Positions 54,256 to 63,143 of a DNA stretch of 64,000 bases are shown here, one piece after another. The position numbers were made by a program, and so were the translations under genes. Within the stretch, counting starts at the first letter, position 1, and each line of letters begins with the position of its first letter. This stretch comes from an uncultured delta proteobacterium. GTDB lineage: Bacteria > Desulfobacterota > Binatia > Binatales > Binataceae. The stretch spans positions 263,289-327,288 of the forward strand of contig CAWKOR010000002.1 in the NCBI GenBank assembly GCA_963851325.1, given 5' to 3'. The notes beneath the pieces are model-generated. The model worked only from the letters and a program-made list of their open reading frames with translations. It was not told the origin of the DNA and made no database searches.

Positions 54256-55950
54256 ATGCTGAAAGCGCGTTTGCCGATTCTGGCGATTCTGGGATGTTTC
54301 ATCGCCGTGACCTTCCTGCAGGGCCGAGCCAGTGGCTGCGCGGACCCTATCGATGCTCCCGCCGAGGTGCAGGTCGGCGATCGCCTGTTTCGCGAGACCC
54401 GTTTCGCCCAGTTCTTCTTCAACTTCATTCAGGCGCCGAATCGGGATGTGAACACCAGGCTGAAGCGCGGCGATCCGGTAATGACCAACGAGCAGAACGC
54501 CGCCGGTAAGCCGCTGCGCGATCCTTTTCGCAACCAGAGCATGAACTGCCGCAACTGCCACCTCGGCGATGACCTGCTTCATCTCTCCAGGCTGCGAGGC
54601 CGCACCTACTGCGACTTCGCGCGACGCAGCCCGATCCCTGCGCGCTCCGATGGCCTCACCACCACGCCGCGCAACGCTCAGCCGCTGGTCAGCGTGAGCA
54701 TTCCGCGCGAGGTTCCGACGCTGCTGCACTTCGATGGCGAGTTCGCAAGCATCGAGGATCTCTCCATCGCCACGATGACCGGTCGCAACTTCGGATGGCT
54801 GCCGAGCGAGTTCACGCAGGCGCGTGCTCACGTCCTCAACGTCATCAAAAATGACAATGGAAAGAACGCGCTGGCGAGGCGCTACGGATGTGGCGGATTT
54901 CCCTACCGCGTGGTGTTGAAGGGAACCGATTCGCGCCTGCCCAGGCGCCTGGTGCTTCCGCCGCAGTATCGCATCGACGTAACGACGGCGACCGATGACG
55001 AGATTTTCCAGGCCATCGGCAAACTGATCCATGCCTACATGGACTCGATCGCGTTCAACCTCGACCAGCCGCCGTCACCCTACGATGTATTCCTGGCTAA
55101 GAATGACCTGCCGACCAAGCCGGACCCCGGCGAATCGAATCTAGCTTACGCGCAACGCCTGTTCGGCCTGATCAACAATTTGCAAAATCCGCGGTTCGTC
55201 ACGCAGCCCAAGGATGGCGTGCTGCGGCTGCACAAGGGACAGAGGTTTCAATTCGGGCCGTTGGAGCTGCAGGGGCTCAAGGTATTCTTCACCCAAGCGA
55301 CCTCGTCACCGGCGAGCTTTGGCGGCGCCGGCAACTGCATCGCGTGTCATACGCCGCCGGCATTCACCGATAATTTGTTCCACAACACCGCGGTAGCAGA
55401 GCTCGAGTTCGATGACGTTGCATGGCACGCCCTCGGCGGGTTCGCGTCTCTGGCGGCAACCCTGCCCAGTCTGGAGGATCGAAATAATAACTTCGACCTG
55501 TATCTGCCGCCGTCGCCCAACCATCCGAATGCAAGCGGGAGGTTTCGCTCCCCGGCGGCGTTTAACAATTCGAATCTGGCCGATTTTGGCGTATGGAACA
55601 TCGTCGGCAATCCCGACATTCCCAACCCGCAAAGCGCGCTAAAGCAAATTCTGTGCGCGGAGTTTAACCTGATCGGCGACCAGTGCACGGCTGACAACCT
55701 CCTTCCCAGAACGATTGGCTTTTTTAAAACCCCGTCGGTCCGCGATACTGGCCAGTCCGCTCCATACATGCACAACGGATCGATCGAAACAGTGCCCGAC
55801 GTGCTCGCTTTCTATTTGCGGACTGCCGCTCAGGCGCGCGTGAACTGGTTTTTCAATCCGTCGCCGGAGTTTCTTAACGTCTTCATCAACGGCGAAGACT
55901 TGGCGCCGCTGAACGCCTTTCTCAATTCGCTGAATGAGGACTATCGATAG
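54256..55950 (+). CDS. Di-haem cytochrome c peroxidase family protein (CCP/MauG-like)
   Basis: 564 aa with a signal peptide, two CxxCH haem motifs (CRNCH, CIACH) and the conserved FKTPSVRD and PYMHNG motifs. Confidence 0.85.
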   Translation: MLKARLPILAILGCFIAVTFLQGRASGCADPIDAPAEVQVGDRLFRETRFAQFFFNFIQAPNRDVNTRLKRGDPVMTNEQNAAGKPLRDPFRNQSMNCRNCHLGDDLLHLSRLRGRTYCDFARRSPIPARSDGLTTTPRNAQPLVSVSIPREVPTLLHFDGEFASIEDLSIATMTGRNFGWLPSEFTQARAHVLNVIKNDNGKNALARRYGCGGFPYRVVLKGTDSRLPRRLVLPPQYRIDVTTATDDEIFQAIGKLIHAYMDSIAFNLDQPPSPYDVFLAKNDLPTKPDPGESNLAYAQRLFGLINNLQNPRFVTQPKDGVLRLHKGQRFQFGPLELQGLKVFFTQATSSPASFGGAGNCIACHTPPAFTDNLFHNTAVAELEFDDVAWHALGGFASLAATLPSLEDRNNNFDLYLPPSPNHPNASGRFRSPAAFNNSNLADFGVWNIVGNPDIPNPQSALKQILCAEFNLIGDQCTADNLLPRTIGFFKTPSVRDTGQSAPYMHNGSIETVPDVLAFYLRTAAQARVNWFFNPSPEFLNVFINGEDLAPLNAFLNSLNEDYR

Positions 55951-55953
55951 CTC

Positions 55954-56739
55954 TCATCTGCCGACCCAGCGCCCGGGCCGACGCTCGGCGACCGCCTTGA
56001 TGCCCTCGCGATGATCTTCCGTCTTCATCAGTCTCGACTGCTCAACGAATTCGATGTCGGTCTGCGCCTTGACCGCCTCCGCCAGGCCGCGCCGGATCGT
56101 GGTCCGGGTTGAAACCACTGCCAGCGGCGCATTCTCCGCGATTTCAGCCGCGAGCGCGGTCGCCGCTTCCCGCAATTTGCTCGCCTCGACCAGAACATCA
56201 GCGAGGCCCCAGGCCAGCGCTTCCTCGCCATTGATGCGCCGTCCGGTGAGGAACATCAGGTTGGCTTTCTGATGGCCGATGAGACGCGGCAAGGTGTGCG
56301 TCAATCCAAATCCCGGATGAAATCCGATCTTCACGAAGTTGGCCGCGAAGCGCGCCTCGGGCGACGCAACTCGAAAATCCGCCACCAGCGCGAGACCGAA
56401 TCCGCCACCGATCGCGGGTCCCTGGATCGCTGCGACGATCGGCTTTTTGCAACTGAAGAGCCGCACCGCTTCGGAGTACAGCGGATTTCCGCCCGCCTGG
56501 CCGGGCGCGGCGCCGGTCGGCTGTCGATTGGCGAAGTTGGCGCCGGCGCAAAATGATTTGCCCTCCGCCGACAGCACCGAGGCGCGGCAGTCGCCATCAT
56601 TGTCGAGGGTGTCGAATGCGCTGACCAGATCCTTGATCAGTTGAACGTCGAAGAAGTTGTGCGGCGGGCGATGAATCTCGACCTGCGCCACGTTGCCATT
56701 CATCGCGACCGACACGTCGCCATATTTTGCTTCTGTCAT
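55954..56739 (-). CDS. Enoyl-CoA hydratase/isomerase family protein
   Basis: 261-aa crotonase fold (FCAGANF oxyanion-hole region, AAIQGPAIGGGFGLAL). Confidence 0.85.
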   Translation of the reverse strand: MTEAKYGDVSVAMNGNVAQVEIHRPPHNFFDVQLIKDLVSAFDTLDNDGDCRASVLSAEGKSFCAGANFANRQPTGAAPGQAGGNPLYSEAVRLFSCKKPIVAAIQGPAIGGGFGLALVADFRVASPEARFAANFVKIGFHPGFGLTHTLPRLIGHQKANLMFLTGRRINGEEALAWGLADVLVEASKLREAATALAAEIAENAPLAVVSTRTTIRRGLAEAVKAQTDIEFVEQSRLMKTEDHREGIKAVAERRPGRWVGR

Positions 56740-56800
56740 GTGAAATCCTCCTCGGGTGCGCGCCCATCATTACAATCACCGGCCCTCGCGGTCGAGTCCG

Positions 56801-59308
56801 CTAATCGGATCTGCCGGCGCCGGCGCGCCGGTTCATGGTGCTGCGAGTGCTCGCCACGGTGGCGATCTGCGACTGGATCTCGTGATCGCTGCGCAGGAGA
56901 TTTTTGAAATCCACCTCTCTCAGCACCAGCAATTGACAGTAGCCGCGCGCGTAGACATTGCCCTGGCGGCGCTGGCCGCTGACCAGCGCCATTTCGCCCA
57001 CGAAGTCGCCCGGGTTCAGCCGGATCTTCTGGCCCACCACTTCCACCTCCATACTGCCCGAGGAGATGAAGTACATCGCATCGGCATGGTCGCCGTCGCG
57101 AATGAGCTGCTCGCCGGGAACCGCGAAGCGCGGCCGCAACAATCGCGCGATGGTATCAAGCTGCGCCTCGGTGAGCTTCGCAAACATCGGGACCTTCGAA
57201 ATCAATGCGCGGGTTTCGAGGCCGAGATCGAGACGCGGACGCACCTCGACCTCGGTGCGGGTAAGCTGCACCTCGCGGCGCAAGGCGCTGTAAAGCTCGG
57301 GGCCGATCACGCCGTCTTCGAACAGCGTGCGATACTCCATGTCTTCGCGCCGCAGCCACACCTTGTTGAGGATGCGACGCTCCAGATCCTCGGCATAGGC
57401 CGGATACTGCTGCCGCAATGCATCGAGCGCGGCGCCGGTCATCTCATGGCGAGCGCGCAAGACCTCGCGCAGCCGCAATGCCACCGTCTCACCGAGCAGC
57501 GGCACCAGCTTCTCCTCGATGTAAGGCTCCAGCTCCTTAAGCACGATTTGCTGGACCAGCAGCGACTCGAAACGATCGGCGAGGCGATCGACCAGTGGTC
57601 CCTCGATCCGGAGGTGGCGGTGAACCCAGTGAGCAAATCGAAACTGCCGCGAGAAATCGACCATGTGCCTCGCGGTCCGAAGATACTCAGCCGGATCCCC
57701 CGCCCGGGTCCGATCGATGAGCCGTCCGACGAAGGCAAGCATCTCCTCGACGATGCGGCTGGAAGTGGTGCGTTCGGCAAAATGGTGCAACACCAGTTCG
57801 CGCTCGTGGCTGGCCAGCGCCGCCAGCCCGAGCAGGAACTGATGGTGGTCGGCATTGCCGGCGTGCGGCGTCGCACCATCAAGAGGCGCCTCGGCTTCAG
57901 CCATGACGCGCCCGCGAATCACGTCGGAGACCAGCGCATCGGGAAATTCATAACCGGCGCCGATGGTCTTGACGGTGTCCGAAACGCGCGCGCGCGACAG
58001 GCTCAACACCTGATCGCGCAATGCCTGATCGACCGCGGAAAGCCGATCGAGGCCGAGCAGCCGAATCAGCAGCCGCAGCGTCGTCCCATTGATGAGCAGG
58101 GTGAACAGAACAAATCCAGTGGCCAGGATGGCGATGAAGCGTTGCACCTCGGGCGTCACTTTGGTGTTCTCGGTCACCGAGAGCGCCAGCACCAGGGTGA
58201 CTGCGCCGCGCAATCCGCCCCACAGGATGACGGTCTTGTAGCGATTGCTGACGGCCTGGCTCAGGCGCAGCAACGTCATCAGAGGAAGCAATCCGAACAG
58301 TACAATCCCGCGCGCCAGCAGCGCCGCGCCGACCAGCACCGCGAGCAAGGTCACATCGTGCGAGCTGACATCGAACAGCATCCGCGGAACCAGCAGCGAG
58401 GCGAGCACGAAAATCAGCGAGCTGGCCCAGAACGCCAACTGCTCCCACACCTCGTGCAGAAAATGCCAGTCATCCGGCGACATGCGGCGCTGCGCCATCG
58501 CGCTCATCACCAGACCGGCGGTCACGGTTGCGACGACACCGGAGACATCGAGCTGGCGCTCGGCCACGATGTAGACGAGATACGGCAGCGCGAGAGTGAG
58601 CGTGACTTGCGCGAGGCGCATATCGAGTAGCCACCGCAACACGCCAACGATGACGCGGGCGCCCACATAGCCGGTGAGGACTCCTCCGACGAAGCTATGT
58701 ACGAACGTCACTGCCGCCTCGCCGAGGCCGAGCCGCTGCCCGCCGATGAGGCTCTGCATCAACATTACGAACAGCGTGATCGCCGCGGCATCGTTCAGCA
58801 GGCTCTCGCCTTCAACCAGCCGGCTCAGGCGTGACGGCGCGCCAACGTCGCGGAAAATCCCGATCACGGCGACCGGATCGGTGGTGGCGACGATCGCCCC
58901 AAGCATGAAGCATGCGACTGCTGGAACCGCGACCAGAGGCATCAACGCAGCGCCAATCACGATAGTCGCGACCAACACCGCGACGACCGCGAGCAGCAGA
59001 ATCGGCGCGGCGTCCTCCACCATGCGCCTCACGTCGATATTCAGCGACGCCTCGAACAACAGAATCGGCAGGAAGATGTCGAGGAACGCTTCGGAATGAA
59101 ACGGCAGGTTGACGATCACGTTGGCGACCGAAGCGAACCTTTCGAGGCCGGTGGCGCGCATCAGGTACATCGAGGTCAGACCGATCGCGATACCGATAAG
59201 CGCCAGCAAAACGGTGGGCGACAAACCGAGGCGGTCGGCAATCGGAGCGCTGAGCGCGACCGCGATCAGCAGAGCGGCGACCAGTAACAGAATGACTTGC
59301 AAATCCAT
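56801..59308 (-). CDS. Na+/H+ antiporter (CPA1/NhaP family) fused to a C-terminal cyclic-nucleotide-binding domain
   Basis: ~12 TM helices with the TDPVAV motif, a long cytoplasmic linker, and a C-terminal cNMP-binding beta-roll (VPGEQLIRDGDHADAMYFISSGSMEV...GDFVGEMAL). The ORF-track start 59362 is a TTG; the ATG at 59308 (MDLQVILLLVA) is preferred. Confidence 0.85.
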   Translation of the reverse strand: MDLQVILLLVAALLIAVALSAPIADRLGLSPTVLLALIGIAIGLTSMYLMRATGLERFASVANVIVNLPFHSEAFLDIFLPILLFEASLNIDVRRMVEDAAPILLLAVVAVLVATIVIGAALMPLVAVPAVACFMLGAIVATTDPVAVIGIFRDVGAPSRLSRLVEGESLLNDAAAITLFVMLMQSLIGGQRLGLGEAAVTFVHSFVGGVLTGYVGARVIVGVLRWLLDMRLAQVTLTLALPYLVYIVAERQLDVSGVVATVTAGLVMSAMAQRRMSPDDWHFLHEVWEQLAFWASSLIFVLASLLVPRMLFDVSSHDVTLLAVLVGAALLARGIVLFGLLPLMTLLRLSQAVSNRYKTVILWGGLRGAVTLVLALSVTENTKVTPEVQRFIAILATGFVLFTLLINGTTLRLLIRLLGLDRLSAVDQALRDQVLSLSRARVSDTVKTIGAGYEFPDALVSDVIRGRVMAEAEAPLDGATPHAGNADHHQFLLGLAALASHERELVLHHFAERTTSSRIVEEMLAFVGRLIDRTRAGDPAEYLRTARHMVDFSRQFRFAHWVHRHLRIEGPLVDRLADRFESLLVQQIVLKELEPYIEEKLVPLLGETVALRLREVLRARHEMTGAALDALRQQYPAYAEDLERRILNKVWLRREDMEYRTLFEDGVIGPELYSALRREVQLTRTEVEVRPRLDLGLETRALISKVPMFAKLTEAQLDTIARLLRPRFAVPGEQLIRDGDHADAMYFISSGSMEVEVVGQKIRLNPGDFVGEMALVSGQRRQGNVYARGYCQLLVLREVDFKNLLRSDHEIQSQIATVASTRSTMNRRAGAGRSD

Positions 59309-59429
59309 GCTGCGAAAAATTTCCGCGCCGTGGGCGATCCCCGGCAGCTTTTGATTTTCCAACTAGTCCGAACGAACGAAACGTATCGCGGGAGCCCCCC
59401 GCGTCTGATTAAGGCATTGAGGCAGGGGG

Positions 59430-59834
59430 TCAGATCTGGAGTCGCGAAAGTCGCGCCTGCGAAACCTCGGCGCCCGCGCGCGTCATCAGCGGCGCCGCAG
59501 CGAGCAGCCCGAGCGGTCGAGCCTTCGCGATGAAGCATGTGGCGATCGATGAGAACTCCATCGGCTTCCGGCGCGGTGCGCGAACTACCGGCGCGTTGGC
59601 GCAGATTGGCCCAACTGCCGCGGCCGGATGTCCGCTCATGGTGCCGGTATTCGAGCTGGCGATCTGATCGTGCATCGGCGCGGTTCGCGGCGGACCCGCG
59701 AGCCAGGTCGCCACCAGGATCATCACCGCCGATGCGGCTATGGCCAGGAATCTCACTGCGGCAAATCTATAGCGCTCGCGCGCACTGCGGCAAGGCTCGT
59801 AACAATGCGCATGTTGATCGCGTGGCGTTCGCAT
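59430..59834 (-). CDS. Hypothetical protein (one predicted TM helix)
   Basis: 134-aa ORF in an otherwise empty 530-bp gap. No motifs seen. Confidence 0.3.
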   Translation of the reverse strand: MRTPRDQHAHCYEPCRSARERYRFAAVRFLAIAASAVMILVATWLAGPPRTAPMHDQIASSNTGTMSGHPAAAVGPICANAPVVRAPRRKPMEFSSIATCFIAKARPLGLLAAAPLMTRAGAEVSQARLSRLQI

Positions 59835-59891
59835 GCCAGACCTAGCAATTCAGCACCCCAATCACTATCGATGAACTGCGAATAATTTCCG

Positions 59892-60848
59892 ATGAGTAAC
59901 GCCGAACGCGCACCAATGCTCGAGGCGATCGAGATCTCGAAAAGCTACGGCGCGCGGCTCGCACTCGACCAGGTCAGCCTCGCCGTGAGGCCCGGTGAGA
60001 TCGCGGGATTGCTCGGTCCCAACGGCGCCGGCAAAACCACCACGCTGTCGATTCTGTCCACCCTGATGCGGCCCGATCGCGGCCGCGTGCTCATCGACGG
60101 CAAGTCGCCCAAGTCGGACCCGCGCGGGCTTGGACGCATGCTCGGGCTGGTGCCGCAGTCGCTCGCGCTTTATCCATCTTTGAGTGCCGCCCAGAACGTG
60201 CGGCATTTCGCTCGGATGCAGGGGCTGTCGCGCGCCGAAGCGAGCGATGCATGCGGCCGCGTGCTGGAAGAAGTGGGACTGAGCGAGCGCGCCGAAGACC
60301 CGATGCATTCGTTCTCGGGGGGAATGAAACGGCGGCTCAACCTCGCGTGCGGAATCGTGCATCGACCTGCCGTGCTGATGCTCGACGAGCCAACCGTAGG
60401 CGTCGATCTGCAATCGCGCGAACAGATCTTGACTCTGGTTCGGCGCTGCGCCGACGCTGGTGCGGCGGTGATATACAGCACCCACTATATGGAGGAGGCC
60501 GAACGGATTTGCGATCGGGTGCTGCTGATCGATCGCGGCAAACTGGTAGCCGATGGCACCGTCGAGCAGTTAGTCGCGCTCGGTGGCGGCCGTCCGCGCC
60601 TTGAATTGACCTATCGCGGACATTTACCGGAGCGGTGGACTCAAAGCCTCGATGGCGTCAACGAGATCGCGCAGTCGGGTGGCGAAGGACAGCTCTCTTT
60701 GGAAATGAATGCGCTCGCGCAGGTGCCGGAAGTGCTCCAGCGGTTGCGCACCTCAAACATCAATGTGCTCGACTTCAGCGTCCATAGCCCGAACCTTGCC
60801 GACGCCTTCATCGCGCTAACCGGGCGCAGCCTGCGCGATAACGTTTAG
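59892..60848 (+). CDS. ABC transporter ATP-binding protein
   Basis: Walker A GPNGAGKTT, signature FSGGMKRRL, Walker B LMLDEPT and an H-loop. Confidence 0.9.
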   Translation: MSNAERAPMLEAIEISKSYGARLALDQVSLAVRPGEIAGLLGPNGAGKTTTLSILSTLMRPDRGRVLIDGKSPKSDPRGLGRMLGLVPQSLALYPSLSAAQNVRHFARMQGLSRAEASDACGRVLEEVGLSERAEDPMHSFSGGMKRRLNLACGIVHRPAVLMLDEPTVGVDLQSREQILTLVRRCADAGAAVIYSTHYMEEAERICDRVLLIDRGKLVADGTVEQLVALGGGRPRLELTYRGHLPERWTQSLDGVNEIAQSGGEGQLSLEMNALAQVPEVLQRLRTSNINVLDFSVHSPNLADAFIALTGRSLRDNV

Positions 60849-60860
60849 CCGAGACCCAGA

Positions 60861-62549
60861 ATGCTGCGCGCGATATGGCTGACTATCCAGAACGAGGCGC
60901 GGCTGCTGATCAAGGATCCCATCGTGCTGTTCATGCTGCTGTTCGCGCCGGTGGTGATCATCACGGTGGCCGGATATTCGCTCGGAGCGCTCTACGGTGG
61001 CGGTGGTAATACCTTCCGCCTCCCGGTCGTAAACCATGACAAGGGCGAAGTAGCGGACGGCATCATCGATGCGCTGAACCATCAGCAATCGATCACCGTT
61101 GAGCTGCTGGACGACTCCGCTGATGCGCGCCGCCTCGTGAGCCATCGCGATCGCACACCGATAGCGATCGAAATTCCCGCCGGCACCACCGATGCGGTTG
61201 CAGCAGGCCGCGATCCGCAACTACGCCTGTTCGTCGATCCGGTCAGGCGGATCGAGGTTGACGCGCTCGAACTTCGCATCGCCGAGCTGTGCCGCAAGGT
61301 CAGCATGCAGGCGCGCGCGGCTGCGCATACACGCATCGTGAAGGCTGATGCGCAGTTGCGCGCGACTCTTCGCCATCTTTCGAACGAAGTCGCCAATGAG
61401 CAAAAGCAATTCAAAAGCGCGGCAGCGAGTGCGCAGGCCAAGGTGCGGGCATCGATTCGCGCACACATCGAAACCGCACTGAAACGGATCACCGATGAAA
61501 CTGCGGCGACCATAAAGACACAGGAAGACCAGGCGTGGTCCGGGGTGCAACAGCAGCTCGCGGAGCGCGAAGCTATACTGCGTCGGATTCAGAACTACCT
61601 GGCGCAATTGCAGGCGAGCCAGCGCGCCTTCAAGGAATGGCTCGCAAAGCTGAAAACCCTGGCGGGCAGCCACGCATCGGATATACCGCCACCGCCGGCG
61701 TTTCCCGCGCCGCTCGCAGAGGCAGATCTTGCGGAGTTGAGCCGGCCCATCACGCCGCCGAAACTCAACGCCACTTTGCCGATGCCCTCGATCGATGCCA
61801 TTGCAATCGAGATTCCCAAACCGCCGGCCATGCGCGAAAGCAGCACTATCGCCGATCTCCAGCGCTTCGAATCCTCACGCGCGCCGACGCTGCCCGGCTA
61901 CCTCGGATTCATCGAGCACCCGGCGATCGAGGGCGCACCGACAACTGTTAACGCTTTCGATCAGTACGTGCCCGGCTTCGGCATCACGTTCCTGCTCATC
62001 GGGATGATGCTCGGCATCGCGCTGACGCTCTTCGACGAGCGCGACTGGGGCACGCTGCGGCGGTTGCGCGTTAGCGGCGCGCCGCTGACGGGACTGCTGC
62101 TGGGAAAACTGATCGCTCGCTTCTTGGTCGGAATCGTACAGATGGTGTTGCTGTTCGCGGTCGGATGGGCGCTGTTCGGAATCACGCTTGGGCGCTATCC
62201 GCTCGCGCTGCTGATACCCACCGTCGGGATCTCATTCGCAGCAGCGGCGCTGGGCCTGGTGATCGCGTCGATCTCGCGCGCGCACGATTCGGTGATGCCA
62301 TTCGGCGTCACCTTGAGCATGGCGATCGCGGCAATCGGCGGATGCTGGTGGCCGCTGGATTTCGAACCGGGCTGGATGCGCGTGCTGGCGCGCTTCGCAC
62401 CGACGACCTGGACGATGCAGTCGTTCAACGATCTGATGATCCGCAACCAGTCACCATCGGCAACGCTATGGCCCTTCGCCGCGACCATCGCTCTCGGGAC
62501 TCTGTTCCTCGTGGCGGGTCTGATCCGGTTTGCGACGCTTGAAGAATGA
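60861..62549 (+). CDS. ABC-2-type transporter permease with a large extracytoplasmic domain
   Basis: 562 aa with an N-terminal TM, a ~330-aa coiled-coil-rich soluble domain, then 5 C-terminal TM helices of ABC-2 type. Immediately downstream of the ATPase gene. Confidence 0.8.
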   Translation: MLRAIWLTIQNEARLLIKDPIVLFMLLFAPVVIITVAGYSLGALYGGGGNTFRLPVVNHDKGEVADGIIDALNHQQSITVELLDDSADARRLVSHRDRTPIAIEIPAGTTDAVAAGRDPQLRLFVDPVRRIEVDALELRIAELCRKVSMQARAAAHTRIVKADAQLRATLRHLSNEVANEQKQFKSAAASAQAKVRASIRAHIETALKRITDETAATIKTQEDQAWSGVQQQLAEREAILRRIQNYLAQLQASQRAFKEWLAKLKTLAGSHASDIPPPPAFPAPLAEADLAELSRPITPPKLNATLPMPSIDAIAIEIPKPPAMRESSTIADLQRFESSRAPTLPGYLGFIEHPAIEGAPTTVNAFDQYVPGFGITFLLIGMMLGIALTLFDERDWGTLRRLRVSGAPLTGLLLGKLIARFLVGIVQMVLLFAVGWALFGITLGRYPLALLIPTVGISFAAAALGLVIASISRAHDSVMPFGVTLSMAIAAIGGCWWPLDFEPGWMRVLARFAPTTWTMQSFNDLMIRNQSPSATLWPFAATIALGTLFLVAGLIRFATLEE

Positions 62550-62834
62550 TCGCGCCCAGTAGTTGACATTGCCATGATCCGGTGGAACCCTTTCACTGTT
62601 CGAAGCCAATTTGTTCCTCGGTTTTGACAATCCCCGATTAAGTTCAGAGCCGCTTGAGAGACTCCGACTGGATGCGTTTGCGCCAAGCCGATTATCGGTA
62701 AGCGCCAGCGCGCGCAGCCAGCTCTCCGCAACCCGCGCTCCTGGCGGGACTGATGTCAGGTCGCGGCCCCCAATCGTTTTCTAAACCGTCGCGCGATCGT
62801 CGATCACGCGCGTAGATGAAAGGAGGTCCCCAGT

Positions 62835-63119
62835 ATGCTCACCGTTTCTGACAAGGCAGTGTCCATTCTCAAGGCCGCCAAATTGACGGAAGGAGCACCG
62901 GCGCGTGCCGGCGTCCGCATCCAGCGAGGTGCCCCAATCGGGGACCGCGAGGCGGTCACACTTAGCCTGGCGATCCGGGAGAATCCGGTGCCGAGCGACG
63001 AATCCTTCGAGCAGGATGGCCTTCGTATCTTTGTGGAAGATGCGTTGGTGCAGCCACTCGAAGGCCGCACCCTGGATGTTAATGAAGAGGGAGACCGAGT
63101 GCAGCTCGTCCTTCGTTAA
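62835..63119 (+). CDS. HesB/IscA-like domain protein lacking the conserved cysteine ligands
   Basis: 94 aa. The pattern MLTVSDKAVSILKAA...GVRIQ...FEQDGLRIFVEDALVQPLEGRTLD parallels IscA (ITLTD.A...GLRLGV...FEQDGVKVVIDPKSLQFLDGTEID), but there are no Cys residues. An AGGAGG RBS is present. Confidence 0.55.
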   Translation: MLTVSDKAVSILKAAKLTEGAPARAGVRIQRGAPIGDREAVTLSLAIRENPVPSDESFEQDGLRIFVEDALVQPLEGRTLDVNEEGDRVQLVLR

Positions 63120-63143
63120 CAGCATCCTGTAAATGACTAACTG

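Noticed and set aside
54004-55032. N-terminal 343-codon extension of the beta-lactamase-family ORF (52594..55032)
   Set aside because: No protein-like features. It runs through the divergent promoter and the entire 5' third of the peroxidase gene on the other strand. The conserved serine-hydrolase domain begins at the ATG at 54003, which has a GAGGT RBS.
56756-58630. 624-aa + strand ORF
   Set aside because: Antisense to the NhaP-cNMP antiporter gene. No motifs.
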